Made by a program: the position numbers and the translations under genes | Shown: one piece after another, positions 17,423 to 26,647 of the stretch | Layout: the number at the start of each line of letters is the position of its first letter | How positions within the stretch are numbered: the first letter of the stretch is position 1 | The notes under the pieces: generated by a model | What the model was told of the DNA's origin: nothing | Database searches by the model: none | The model's input: only the letters and a program-made list of their open reading frames with translations | Source of the DNA: Promethearchaeota archaeon | GTDB taxonomy: Archaea > Asgardarchaeota > Lokiarchaeia > Sigyniarchaeales > SOKP01 | Length of the DNA stretch: 64,000 nucleotides | Assembly (NCBI GenBank): GCA_048941185.1 | Contig: JBHLNW010000006.1 | Span: 1,115-65,114 of the forward strand | Direction: 5' to 3'

Positions 17423-20400
17423 TTATTTAATAAATCGTTTTGTTCTTGAAGTTTTTATTATAATTACTATTCCTGCGATAATTATACTAATTATGCTAAA
17501 ATATAATGAAAAGTCAATAATTTGTTCAATAGTTATTATGTTGTTGGATTTTGATTGTTCATTAACAATAATGTTGTCATATATCATATTCCAATTATTA
17601 TGAGTATCATTTGCGTAAATAATTACAGATATATCCCCTAGTGAATTTGGGATCCAATTATTAACTTCCCAGGTATTTCCAAAGATATTAATCATAGAAT
17701 GATTCGAACCTTCATATTCAATAATGACATCAGAGACATTAGAAAAATCTATAATCTCCACTTGGATCGAAATAGACTGTCCAATCGTTATAGTTTTATC
17801 ACTTATAACTAAATTAGAAAATATAGGACCTTTTGTATCAATGACAGTAATGTTATTCTTTAATGATATTTTGTTATTTTGAGAGTCAATAGCATGAAGT
17901 CTATAGAATTTCAAGCCTACATTACTTAGTGTCCAATTAAAATGCCAAGTTAATCCTCCGTAATTTGTCATAGAATAATTGTTTCCGTTATGCTCAAACA
18001 GAACAAGATTTATTGGAGAAAAATCAAAAATATCAACTTGAAACGATGCAGTGTTACCTAATTCTAATGGATCAGTATTTTCTATTAAATTTGATAAAGT
18101 TGGTGCATTAGTATCCAGTACAGTAATATTGCCTTCAATATAGTGCCAATTATTATTCGTATCTTCTCCAAATATTGTATATAATTTTAGACCTACAGAA
18201 TTCGGAATCCAATTATATTCCCATGTTGATCCTCCGATATTTATCATTGTGTAATTCACACTATCAGTTTCTATTAGCACTTGACTAATACCAGATAAAT
18301 CTGTCACATTAACTTGGATTGTTTCTGTTTGTCCTAACTCTAGAGGATCCACACTTTCTACAAGATTATTTAACGATGGTTGCACTGTGTCTTGAACGGT
18401 TATTGAATTGCTTAAAGAATTCCCATTTCCTTCGGTATCGATTGCATATATTTTATAAGATTTCACTCCAGTACTAATTGGATTCCAACCATTATATTCC
18501 CATATCGATCCACCAATATTTGCCATCGTATAATTCATGCCACTAATTTCTATTAAGACTTTGTTGATTGCTGATAAATCTGTAACATGGATTTGGATTG
18601 TTTCTGTTTGCCCCAATTCTAAAGGATCAGCACTTTCAAATAAATTAGATAAAGTTGGACCATTGGTATCTACTACATTGATATTGCTAGTTAAAGAGTT
18701 CCAATTTCCCTCATTGTCACTTGAGTATATTGTATATGATTCCAATCCAATATTAGCTGGAATCCAATTGTTATATTCCCATACTGAACCCCCAATATTT
18801 ATCATCGTATTATTCACACTATCAATTTCTATTAGCACTTGATTGATACCTGATAAGTCAGAAACGTTAATTTGAATTGTTTCTGTTTGTCCTAATTCTA
18901 AAGGATCAGCGCTCTCAATCAAATTAGATAATGTTGGACCGATAGTATCCACAATAGAAATATTAGCTATTAATGAGATTATATTATTACTTGTATCGTT
19001 AGCGTAAATAGTATAAAATTTTATTCCTGTGCTTGTAGGGTTCCAATTATTGTACTCCCATGTTATTGAATTTATTTTTGACATAGTATAATTAATACCT
19101 TCAATTTCAATATATACAGAACTTATTGGTGCCAAGTCAATAACATCAATTCGGATTATTTCTGTTTGTCCCAATTCTAAAGGATCAGTACTCTCATATA
19201 AGTTTGATAAAATAGGTGCAGTAGTATCAATTACTTCAATAGATCCATTTGTAAAATTCCAGTTATTTGATTTATCTTGAATGTAAATTGTATATAAATG
19301 TGTATTTACAGTACTAGGTACCCAGGTGTCATTTAACCATGTATTTCCTCCAATATACGACATTGAATGATTTGTTCCTTCAAATTCAATTTTAACTTGA
19401 TTAATCCCTGATAAATCTGTAGCATCAATTGAAATCAATACCGACTTTCCGAATTCAAGAGGATCATAACTTTCTGTTAAATTTCCAAAATTGGGAGGTG
19501 TTGTATCTATGACTAATATACTTTCACTAATTAGATTCCAATTATTAAAAGAATCATTAGCATAAATTTTAAATAATTTTGTTCCTACTGTATTTGGTTG
19601 CCATGTATATTCATATCTTTTTCCCCCTATATTTACCATTGTATAATTAGAGATTCCAAGTTCAATAAGTACTTTACTCACTCCATCGCTATCATTAACA
19701 TCAACTTGAATTGTCTCCGATTGCCCTAATTCCAACGGATCAGCACTTTTTGATAAGTTTTGAATTGATGGCCCTGATGAAATAAAAACTTCAATAGATC
19801 CAATTGTTGTATTTAAATTGTTACTGTTATCAATCATGTAAATAGTGTAATCAAAAATTCCTACAGAGATAGGTTTCCAATTAGACCACTCCCATTTATG
19901 TAATCCTTTGAAATTCATTGTGTGATTACTGTTATCATATTCAAGAAATACATCTTTCACTCCTGATCCTGGGGAGTCATAAACTTCAATTGAAATTGTC
20001 TCATTCTGTCCCAATGGGAGAGGATCAGCACTTTCTATTAAAAAATTATATGTTGGAGCTATTGTATCTTCCACATTAATACTATTAGTTATTGAATTCC
20101 AATTTCCTTCAGTATCACTAGCATAAACTGTATATAATTTTGTTCCGGTACTTGTTGGAGTCCAACTATTATATTCCCATATTGAACTACCGATATTTAT
20201 CATTGTATAATTTACACTATTAATTTCCAATAATACTTGATTAATGCCAGATAAATCTGTCACATTAACTTGGATTGTTTCTGTTTGTCCTAACTCTAAA
20301 GGATCGGCACTCTCTACCAAATTAGATAATACTGGAACTGTTGTATCAATTACATTGATATTTCCATTCATCGAATTCCAATTGTTAATCCCGTCTTTTG

Positions 20401-21916
20401 CATAAATATAATATGATTTTAATCCAGTAGTTAAAGGAATCCAATTGTTGTATTCCCAAGTTGAGCTACCAATTTTTGTCATAGTATAATTTACATTATT
20501 GATCTGTATAAGAACCTGTGTAATACCTGATAAATCTGTTACATTGATTTGAATTATTTCAGTTTGTCCCAATTCTAAAGGATCGGCATTTTCAATTAAA
20601 TTGAAAAGAAAAGGAGCTGTAGTATCTTGAACAGTTATTGAATTACTTAAAGAGTTCCAATTTCCTTCGGTGTCATTTACATAAATTGTATAACCTTTGA
20701 CTCCAACTGATAATGGAGTCCAGCTATTGTATTCATATCTAATTCCTCCTGTATTTATCATCGTATAATTTATCCCACCTAATTCTATAAAGACATTACT
20801 AATACCAGATAAATCTGTTACATTAATTTGAATCACTTCTGTTTGCCCTAACTCTAATGGATCCGCACTTTCTATCAGATTTGTTAATGATGGTTGTACT
20901 GTGTCTTGGACGGTTATTGAATTGCTTAAAGAGTTTCCATTTCCTTCAGCATCATTTACGTAAATCACGTAGGGTTTTATCCCTGTACTAATTGGTGTCC
21001 AATCATTATATTCCCATATAGAACCTCCGATGTTTGCCATCGTATAATTCATGCTACTAATTTCTATTAAGACACTATTGATTGCTGATAAATCAGTTAC
21101 ATTAATTTGTATTGTTTCTGTTTGTCCCAATTCTAAAGGATCAGCACTTTCAACTAAATTAGATAAATTCGGTGCTGTAGTATCAGTTACGAGAATATTT
21201 CCAGTTATTGAATTCCAACTTCCATCTGTATCACTAGCATAAATTATGTAGTTTTTAACACCAGTTGTACTCGGATTCCAATTATATTCAAAAGTGTTGC
21301 TTAAAATGTTTGTCATAGTGTAATTTTGTCCTGCTAATTCAATTAAAACTACGCTAACGCTTGTTTCTGAATCGGTTACATCTACCTGAAAGGTTTCTTG
21401 TTGCCCAAATTCTAAAGGATCACTGCTCTCAATAAGATTACTAAATTGAGGAGGAGTGTTTTCTACTTGGACAGTCAGTACTAAATCTCCATGTGCAAAA
21501 TAGGAAGCTGAACCTCCTGCTCTATATATAGCATCAGCATGGAGAGTATAAGTCTGTGCAATAGAGGGGGCAGTAACTTGAAAATTTATAACTGTTGAAT
21601 CTCCAGAACTACCTATTGAAACTGATTTTTGAGTTGTATCAAAAGTAAAATCTTTATTATCACCCAGACCTGGATTCCCACTTGGGAATCCAGCAACAAT
21701 ATTATTCCCTTGAGCTTCTGAGAAGCTTAACACTTGAATGCTAACTACAAAATTTTCATTTGGAGTAACAGATAATCCTGAACTTGATGACAATGTTACA
21801 TATCCTGTAGCACTCTGCGTGATATTTCCATGGCAACTAGCATGACCTTCTCCTGTAAAATCATTAAAATCTTGCGTTCTAGCTATAGCAAGACCTATAA
21901 TTGAAAAAACCAGCAT
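17423..21916 (-). CDS. giant surface protein: N-terminal single-Cys 'HxxCH' domain, 14 tandem Ig-like repeats and a C-terminal TM anchor
   Basis: 1497 aa with exactly one Cys (GHASCH, codon 21833-21835). The N-domain shares GDNKDF with the small paralogs. Many N-x-S/T sequons. C-terminal TM followed by a basic tail. The true start may lie upstream of the ATG (see findings). Confidence 0.8.
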   Translation of the reverse strand: MLVFSIIGLAIARTQDFNDFTGEGHASCHGNITQSATGYVTLSSSSGLSVTPNENFVVSIQVLSFSEAQGNNIVAGFPSGNPGLGDNKDFTFDTTQKSVSIGSSGDSTVINFQVTAPSIAQTYTLHADAIYRAGGSASYFAHGDLVLTVQVENTPPQFSNLIESSDPLEFGQQETFQVDVTDSETSVSVVLIELAGQNYTMTNILSNTFEYNWNPSTTGVKNYIIYASDTDGSWNSITGNILVTDTTAPNLSNLVESADPLELGQTETIQINVTDLSAINSVLIEISSMNYTMANIGGSIWEYNDWTPISTGIKPYVIYVNDAEGNGNSLSNSITVQDTVQPSLTNLIESADPLELGQTEVIQINVTDLSGISNVFIELGGINYTMINTGGIRYEYNSWTPLSVGVKGYTIYVNDTEGNWNSLSNSITVQDTTAPFLFNLIENADPLELGQTEIIQINVTDLSGITQVLIQINNVNYTMTKIGSSTWEYNNWIPLTTGLKSYYIYAKDGINNWNSMNGNINVIDTTVPVLSNLVESADPLELGQTETIQVNVTDLSGINQVLLEINSVNYTMINIGSSIWEYNSWTPTSTGTKLYTVYASDTEGNWNSITNSINVEDTIAPTYNFLIESADPLPLGQNETISIEVYDSPGSGVKDVFLEYDNSNHTMNFKGLHKWEWSNWKPISVGIFDYTIYMIDNSNNLNTTIGSIEVFISSGPSIQNLSKSADPLELGQSETIQVDVNDSDGVSKVLIELGISNYTMVNIGGKRYEYTWQPNTVGTKLFKIYANDSFNNWNLISESILVIDTTPPNFGNLTESYDPLEFGKSVLISIDATDLSGINQVKIEFEGTNHSMSYIGGNTWLNDTWVPSTVNTHLYTIYIQDKSNNWNFTNGSIEVIDTTAPILSNLYESTDPLELGQTEIIRIDVIDLAPISSVYIEIEGINYTMSKINSITWEYNNWNPTSTGIKFYTIYANDTSNNIISLIANISIVDTIGPTLSNLIESADPLELGQTETIQINVSDLSGINQVLIEIDSVNNTMINIGGSVWEYNNWIPANIGLESYTIYSSDNEGNWNSLTSNINVVDTNGPTLSNLFESADPLELGQTETIQIHVTDLSAINKVLIEISGMNYTMANIGGSIWEYNGWNPISTGVKSYKIYAIDTEGNGNSLSNSITVQDTVQPSLNNLVESVDPLELGQTETIQVNVTDLSGISQVLIETDSVNYTMINIGGSTWEYNWIPNSVGLKLYTIFGEDTNNNWHYIEGNITVLDTNAPTLSNLIENTDPLELGNTASFQVDIFDFSPINLVLFEHNGNNYSMTNYGGLTWHFNWTLSNVGLKFYRLHAIDSQNNKISLKNNITVIDTKGPIFSNLVISDKTITIGQSISIQVEIIDFSNVSDVIIEYEGSNHSMINIFGNTWEVNNWIPNSLGDISVIIYANDTHNNWNMIYDNIIVNEQSKSNNIITIEQIIDFSLYFSIISIIIAGIVIIIKTSRTKRFIK
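17555..21454 (-). repeat. 14 in-frame tandem coding repeats of about 279 bp (about 93 aa)
   Basis: The consensus unit is xPxLSNLxESADPLELGQTETIQINVTDLSGIxxVLIEIxxxNYTMxNIGGSxWEYNxWxPxSxGxKxYTIYAxDxEGNWNSxxxxIxVxDT, recurring 14 times. Units 2 and 11 are nearly identical. Confidence 0.9.
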
Positions 21917-22253
21917 AATTGTGATTAAAAACGAATAAGTTTTTCTTTTAATTCTCGTTTATATCCCCGTTTTTAATATTTAAATAAAAATATATATATT
22001 TAATATAGAGAAATCTAAGAAATATTAAAAGATTTGTCAAAACTGGTTATTTTTAACAATTGAATAAGTGTTAGTTTCAATTTAAGATAAAAATCATTAT
22101 GATAGTTTAAATTTGAACCATTCAGAAATAGTTTAATTTGCCTAGATCTAAAGAATTCAATAAGTTAAATATTAAACGTATTTCTAAGATATTAATATTT
22201 TTCTTAGCCGTTTATCCCAAGAATTAAGTCTATAATGAAACTTATATACTGAA

Positions 22254-23972
22254 TTAGTCGTTCTGTTTGAATTGCCTCTTTGTTGGAAAAAAGCTAATAA
22301 GAATTGAAGGAACTATCCCTATCATTAGTAATATGAATCCTGGAATGAAAAAGATATCTTGAAAATTAGCTGACATTAAAAATCCAGCAAGAATTAAGGA
22401 GATTCCAGCATGAATTATTGTTTTTGAATTTAACCTAAAAAAATATTTAATCCCCCTTTTTAAATTTAAATTCTTCGCTAATTTGAAGATAGAAGAAAAA
22501 AATGACATCATGTAAATCCATAGCACTGGATTTATCCAGATATTAGATACAAATAACAAGATAAATGACAATATAATTTGAATTAATAATCCTATAACTA
22601 TAACTGATACTATCCCTTTAATGCTAAAACTTTCCCATAAAGAACAAAAAATCAATGATAAAGCTAAACCTGTTGCTAAAATTAAAGAAGTTATAATAAA
22701 ATATTCGGGACCGATGCTAACAATATTTATTGGAACTAAATTTGAAAGAAGATAGGTGAATGGAGGGATAAACAGCCCAAAGATACAGACAAAAGCTAAA
22801 CCAAATAAAAAAATATAACTTAAATAATCAAAAAATAGTTTTTTATTCCGATATTCCTCCATTAAATAATCTAATACTATATAAATTACATAAAGGGGAA
22901 GCAAGATTAGTACTAGGCCTAAAAGTACTACCCAAATAACTAGTTCTGCCCCTTCAGTAAACGTATGAAGCGAATTTAACCCTCCTCCACGTGTAATTAA
23001 TGTCGAAAATACAATTGAAGAAAAAATTAAAGCTACATTTATCTTTATTAATATGGGTTTTTTTTTCTTAAAAATCACGGTATGAAAGAAAGCTGTTATA
23101 AAAAACCATGGAATGAGGGAAACTGTTTCGACGGGATCCCAACCCCAATACCTCCCCCAAGTTAAAGCAATTTTAGCCCAATACGCACCTAATCCTATGC
23201 TTAGGGACATAACTAACCACCCAAATTTTAAGGCGAAATTATAGAATTTATCCTGATATAATTCTATAAGTTTTGATTTAGGAGTTATGACTTCAGCGAT
23301 TATTATTGTAAATGGCACTAAAAAAACAGCATAAGCGATAAATGTAAAAAAAGGATGCCAAATCATAAATGGAGATATTAAAAGTGGATTTAAACCTAAC
23401 CCATCAGAAGGAGAAGATGATTGAAGTTCAAAAGGATTTAAGTAGAATAATATTATTAAGAAAATTGATGAAATTATTGATGACAAAATAACTGAGCGTA
23501 TAAAAACTAAATCTTCGTTATTATGATTCCCAATCCTATAGAAATTAATTATTATTGAATTAAATAACATCCAAGTCATAATTGATCCTTCTTCACCAGC
23601 CCAAATTGCTACAATTTTATAAATTAGAGGAAGGGAATTATTGCTATAATACATTACATATACAATTTTATAAGAGTTATTTACAAAACTGTAAACCATA
23701 ATTAAAAACAAAAACAATGATAAGTTCATGGCTAACATAGTTAAAAAATAGACGTTCTGTTTTTTAGTAATTAGAAAAATGAGATCCAAGACCATTATGA
23801 TAATTAGAAAAATGATTGAGAGACTACCCATTAGTGATATAAAAATAATTCTAAAATTTACTTCTATTGTATTTAATAACAATGGAATTACAATTATAAT
23901 GATGAGAATTAAAATCAAATTAAGAAAAACAGTCTTTTTCACAGACCAATTACTACGCATTAAACAAATCAC
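22254..23972 (-). CDS. ccmF: cytochrome c heme lyase/handling protein CcmF
   Basis: Polytopic membrane protein with the WWD motif WGRYWGWDPVE and His motifs (WHPFFTF, NSLHTF). Confidence 0.85.
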   Translation of the reverse strand: MICLMRSNWSVKKTVFLNLILILIIIIVIPLLLNTIEVNFRIIFISLMGSLSIIFLIIIMVLDLIFLITKKQNVYFLTMLAMNLSLFLFLIMVYSFVNNSYKIVYVMYYSNNSLPLIYKIVAIWAGEEGSIMTWMLFNSIIINFYRIGNHNNEDLVFIRSVILSSIISSIFLIILFYLNPFELQSSSPSDGLGLNPLLISPFMIWHPFFTFIAYAVFLVPFTIIIAEVITPKSKLIELYQDKFYNFALKFGWLVMSLSIGLGAYWAKIALTWGRYWGWDPVETVSLIPWFFITAFFHTVIFKKKKPILIKINVALIFSSIVFSTLITRGGGLNSLHTFTEGAELVIWVVLLGLVLILLPLYVIYIVLDYLMEEYRNKKLFFDYLSYIFLFGLAFVCIFGLFIPPFTYLLSNLVPINIVSIGPEYFIITSLILATGLALSLIFCSLWESFSIKGIVSVIVIGLLIQIILSFILLFVSNIWINPVLWIYMMSFFSSIFKLAKNLNLKRGIKYFFRLNSKTIIHAGISLILAGFLMSANFQDIFFIPGFILLMIGIVPSILISFFPTKRQFKQND

Positions 23973-24152
23973 ATTGAATGTAATATTAAAGAATTTTAAT
24001 AAAAGTTTTTAAAATAAAACATAAGTACATAAATTAGGTGTAATTTTTGCTCTAATCTTTTAAAAAAATCTTTATTTTTAAAATATATGAAAAATGTTTA
24101 AAAAGAAATACTCATAGATTAAAAATACTTTAAATCTGGTAAACGAGATATT

Positions 24153-25025
24153 ATGAAAAAGAAAATTCTAATTTTTATAATTTGCATTATCGGGTTGATG
24201 AGCGTTTCGCTTTTTGTCTTTGGAACCGCAAGACCCCCGTTTGGTGATACTCATTCTTCTAGTGGATGTCATGATTCCCCTGGGTCGTATACAATTTCAT
24301 ATACCAGTCCCGTAAGAACTGAAATTAATAATACTGCTTATTATATTTTTAACGTTTCAGCAACTGGATCTGATTTGTTTTTACAAGCATACCCTGGTGC
24401 TAAAGATAATGATAACTTTAACATATTACCATCAAATAATAAAATAGTTGATGCATCAATAGATGATCTTGATCCAAATCCAAATGCAATGACTATTGCG
24501 TTTAATGTGACACCAACTGTAGAGAAGGTTTCCTATATTCTTTTTATAATTGCAGGAAATAATTTAACTGGAGGTCAAGTATTTGCTTATGCTGAGATTA
24601 CAATTGGAGCTCCTGTAGGATTTGATCTATTTTCTGCAATATTTAATCATTTAGGTTTATATCTAGGACTACCAGCATTGTTATTAGTTTCACTCGCAAC
24701 GGTCCTAGTTTTAGTGAATGAAAATAAGTTTGTTAAAACTCATGGGATCCTCGCAGGGGGTTCATGGATTTTGACAGTGATCAATGTAATTGTCGCTTTT
24801 ATAAGAATACCTGCTGGTGCTTGGCTTGGAGGCTACGAATTGATCTATCACCTACCACATATAATTCTCGGGTCATTAGGATTAGTAACTGGGTTTTTAA
24901 GTATGTTATTTGGGATTGCTGCGGAAAGAAAACCAGCAAAAATTACAGGTTATTTAACCTTATTAAGTTGGTGGGGTGCATTTCTTTTAGGTTATTTTCT
25001 AAACTCCAATTTACTTTTAATTTGA
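24153..25025 (+). CDS. single-Cys 'CH' domain fused to a C-terminal 4-TM His-containing membrane domain
   Basis: Signal peptide, then THSSSGCH (Cys codon 24267-24269). Paralogous beta-rich domain with KDNDNF. Four TM helices follow, carrying His residues (NHLGLY, KTHGIL, IYHLPHII). Confidence 0.65.
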   Translation: MKKKILIFIICIIGLMSVSLFVFGTARPPFGDTHSSSGCHDSPGSYTISYTSPVRTEINNTAYYIFNVSATGSDLFLQAYPGAKDNDNFNILPSNNKIVDASIDDLDPNPNAMTIAFNVTPTVEKVSYILFIIAGNNLTGGQVFAYAEITIGAPVGFDLFSAIFNHLGLYLGLPALLLVSLATVLVLVNENKFVKTHGILAGGSWILTVINVIVAFIRIPAGAWLGGYELIYHLPHIILGSLGLVTGFLSMLFGIAAERKPAKITGYLTLLSWWGAFLLGYFLNSNLLLI

Positions 25026-25047
25026 TAATTTTAGGTGTTATGGTATA

Positions 25048-26544
25048 ATGGTTCAGTCTAACAATAATAATATGAAAAGTAAAAAAAGGACAAAAAGAAG
25101 CAAAGATCTTGAAGCTCAATTTTTGGAATTTATATCTCCGTATCATGTAAGTACGAATCCTTTTGAACTTGAATCTGCTTCAGCAGATCTCACCTCATTA
25201 CCTGCATATCATTATAAATTTAAAAAAGAATATTTAGCTAGTTATGTTATACGGCCAGCTAACGTTAATGAATTATCATTAGCAATACAAAAATGCAGAA
25301 AACTCAATATCCCAGTAACAATTAGGGCTGCTGGAACTTCATGTTTCTCTTCAGCGACACCCTCTAAGGGAGGAGTGATTATAGATATACGTAGATTAAA
25401 TAAGGTTCAAGAAATAAATCAAGAGGAAATGACAGTAACAGTAGGCAGTGGAATATCTTGGTTAAATTTAATAGAAGCATTATCTGATTATGGTCTTGAA
25501 CCAAAGACATTTCCAACAAGTTTTAAAACTTCCTGTGTAGGCGGATTTATTGCAACCCCAGGAAAAGCAGGCATAGGTGTCGTTAAATATGGAACAATGG
25601 AGTCTACGATCATTTCATTAGATTTAGTTAAACCAGATGGTTCACTAATACGAATATCGAGAAACTCTTCGGATGAAATAAGCCTTAATGATATTATAGG
25701 AACATATGGTATATTTGGGGCAATAGCAAATGTTAAATTATCTATAACTACACTGAAAAATTCATTAGAAATAATAGGGTATGGTTTTAATTCAATTGAA
25801 CAAGCAATTAATTTTTATTTGACGATAAAGGAGGATCTACCTAATAAACCATTATTTCTCTCAATTTCAGAAAGGAAATTTGAAAAATATTCGCATGTAA
25901 CTTTCCCAAAGCAAGAATGGATTGTTTGGGCCGTATTTTATGACGATCCTGAACAAACCTCAAAAAGTATATCAGATGTTAAATCTTATGCATCAAAGAT
26001 AAACTGTGCTGAGATAGAAAGTTCCTATTTGAAAGAAAAGTGGCGCGATATTAGTGATGCTGAGGTATCAATAGGATTATCAACAAGAAATTTAATATTC
26101 CAGGAATATTGGATCTCTGACAAGAGATTAAAAAACTTCATGGAATTGTATATAAAACAAAATAAAAAATATAAATTTCCTACAGCTTCATATGCAATTT
26201 CAGGAGAAAAAGGATGGACAAGAGTAAAGATTTTTGGTCTAACTGATATAGAAAGAACTCTTGAATTTTTTGCGGTTAAGGCTTTCTTACATGATTTAAC
26301 TGTTCAGGCATTCAATCAAGGAGATAGATTATACACAATCGGGATTGTCAATACATTTTACTTACTAAAATATAAGCCAGAAGAAGTAAAGAAATGGAAA
26401 ATGTTAAAAGATAAATTAGATCCAAAACATTTATTCAATTCATATAGATTAACTAAAGCCAAAATGAAATTCTGGAGAGTATCATTACTTTTCACAACAG
26501 CAAAACTATTATACAAGTTATTTAAAATAAAGAAGTCTAATTGA
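25048..26544 (+). CDS. FAD-binding PCMH-type oxidoreductase (GlcD / D-lactate dehydrogenase-like)
   Basis: FAD-binding domain pattern (VIRPANVNEL.., VTIRAAGTS.., GGVIIDIRRLN, VTVGSGISW). Starts 23 nt after the preceding gene. Confidence 0.7.
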   Translation: MVQSNNNNMKSKKRTKRSKDLEAQFLEFISPYHVSTNPFELESASADLTSLPAYHYKFKKEYLASYVIRPANVNELSLAIQKCRKLNIPVTIRAAGTSCFSSATPSKGGVIIDIRRLNKVQEINQEEMTVTVGSGISWLNLIEALSDYGLEPKTFPTSFKTSCVGGFIATPGKAGIGVVKYGTMESTIISLDLVKPDGSLIRISRNSSDEISLNDIIGTYGIFGAIANVKLSITTLKNSLEIIGYGFNSIEQAINFYLTIKEDLPNKPLFLSISERKFEKYSHVTFPKQEWIVWAVFYDDPEQTSKSISDVKSYASKINCAEIESSYLKEKWRDISDAEVSIGLSTRNLIFQEYWISDKRLKNFMELYIKQNKKYKFPTASYAISGEKGWTRVKIFGLTDIERTLEFFAVKAFLHDLTVQAFNQGDRLYTIGIVNTFYLLKYKPEEVKKWKMLKDKLDPKHLFNSYRLTKAKMKFWRVSLLFTTAKLLYKLFKIKKSN

Positions 26545-26647
26545 TAAAACCAAATCAATATAATGATAAATAATATATAACGGTTATATTTAATAAAAAT
26601 TAATTATATTTTCAACAAAAGAACCATCATAAAAGAGATTATGATAA

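Noticed and set aside
18537-18842. 101-aa plus-strand ORF, and its near twin at 21051..21242, inside the giant gene
   Set aside because: Both are antisense shadows of two nearly identical coding repeats of the 1497-aa minus-strand gene. Their similarity to each other reflects the repeat, not an independent gene family.
17555-21454. Regular ~279-bp periodicity that could be mistaken for a CRISPR-like or satellite array
   Set aside because: The units are contiguous with no unique spacers. They are in frame within one long ORF and are conserved at the protein level, so they are coding tandem domains.
24764-25146. Overlapping ORFs 24764..25048 (+) and 24943..25146 (-) at the junction of the CH/4-TM gene and the FAD oxidase
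   Set aside because: Both are out-of-frame or antisense to well-supported genes and encode odd-composition peptides. They are typical of AT-rich shadow ORFs.
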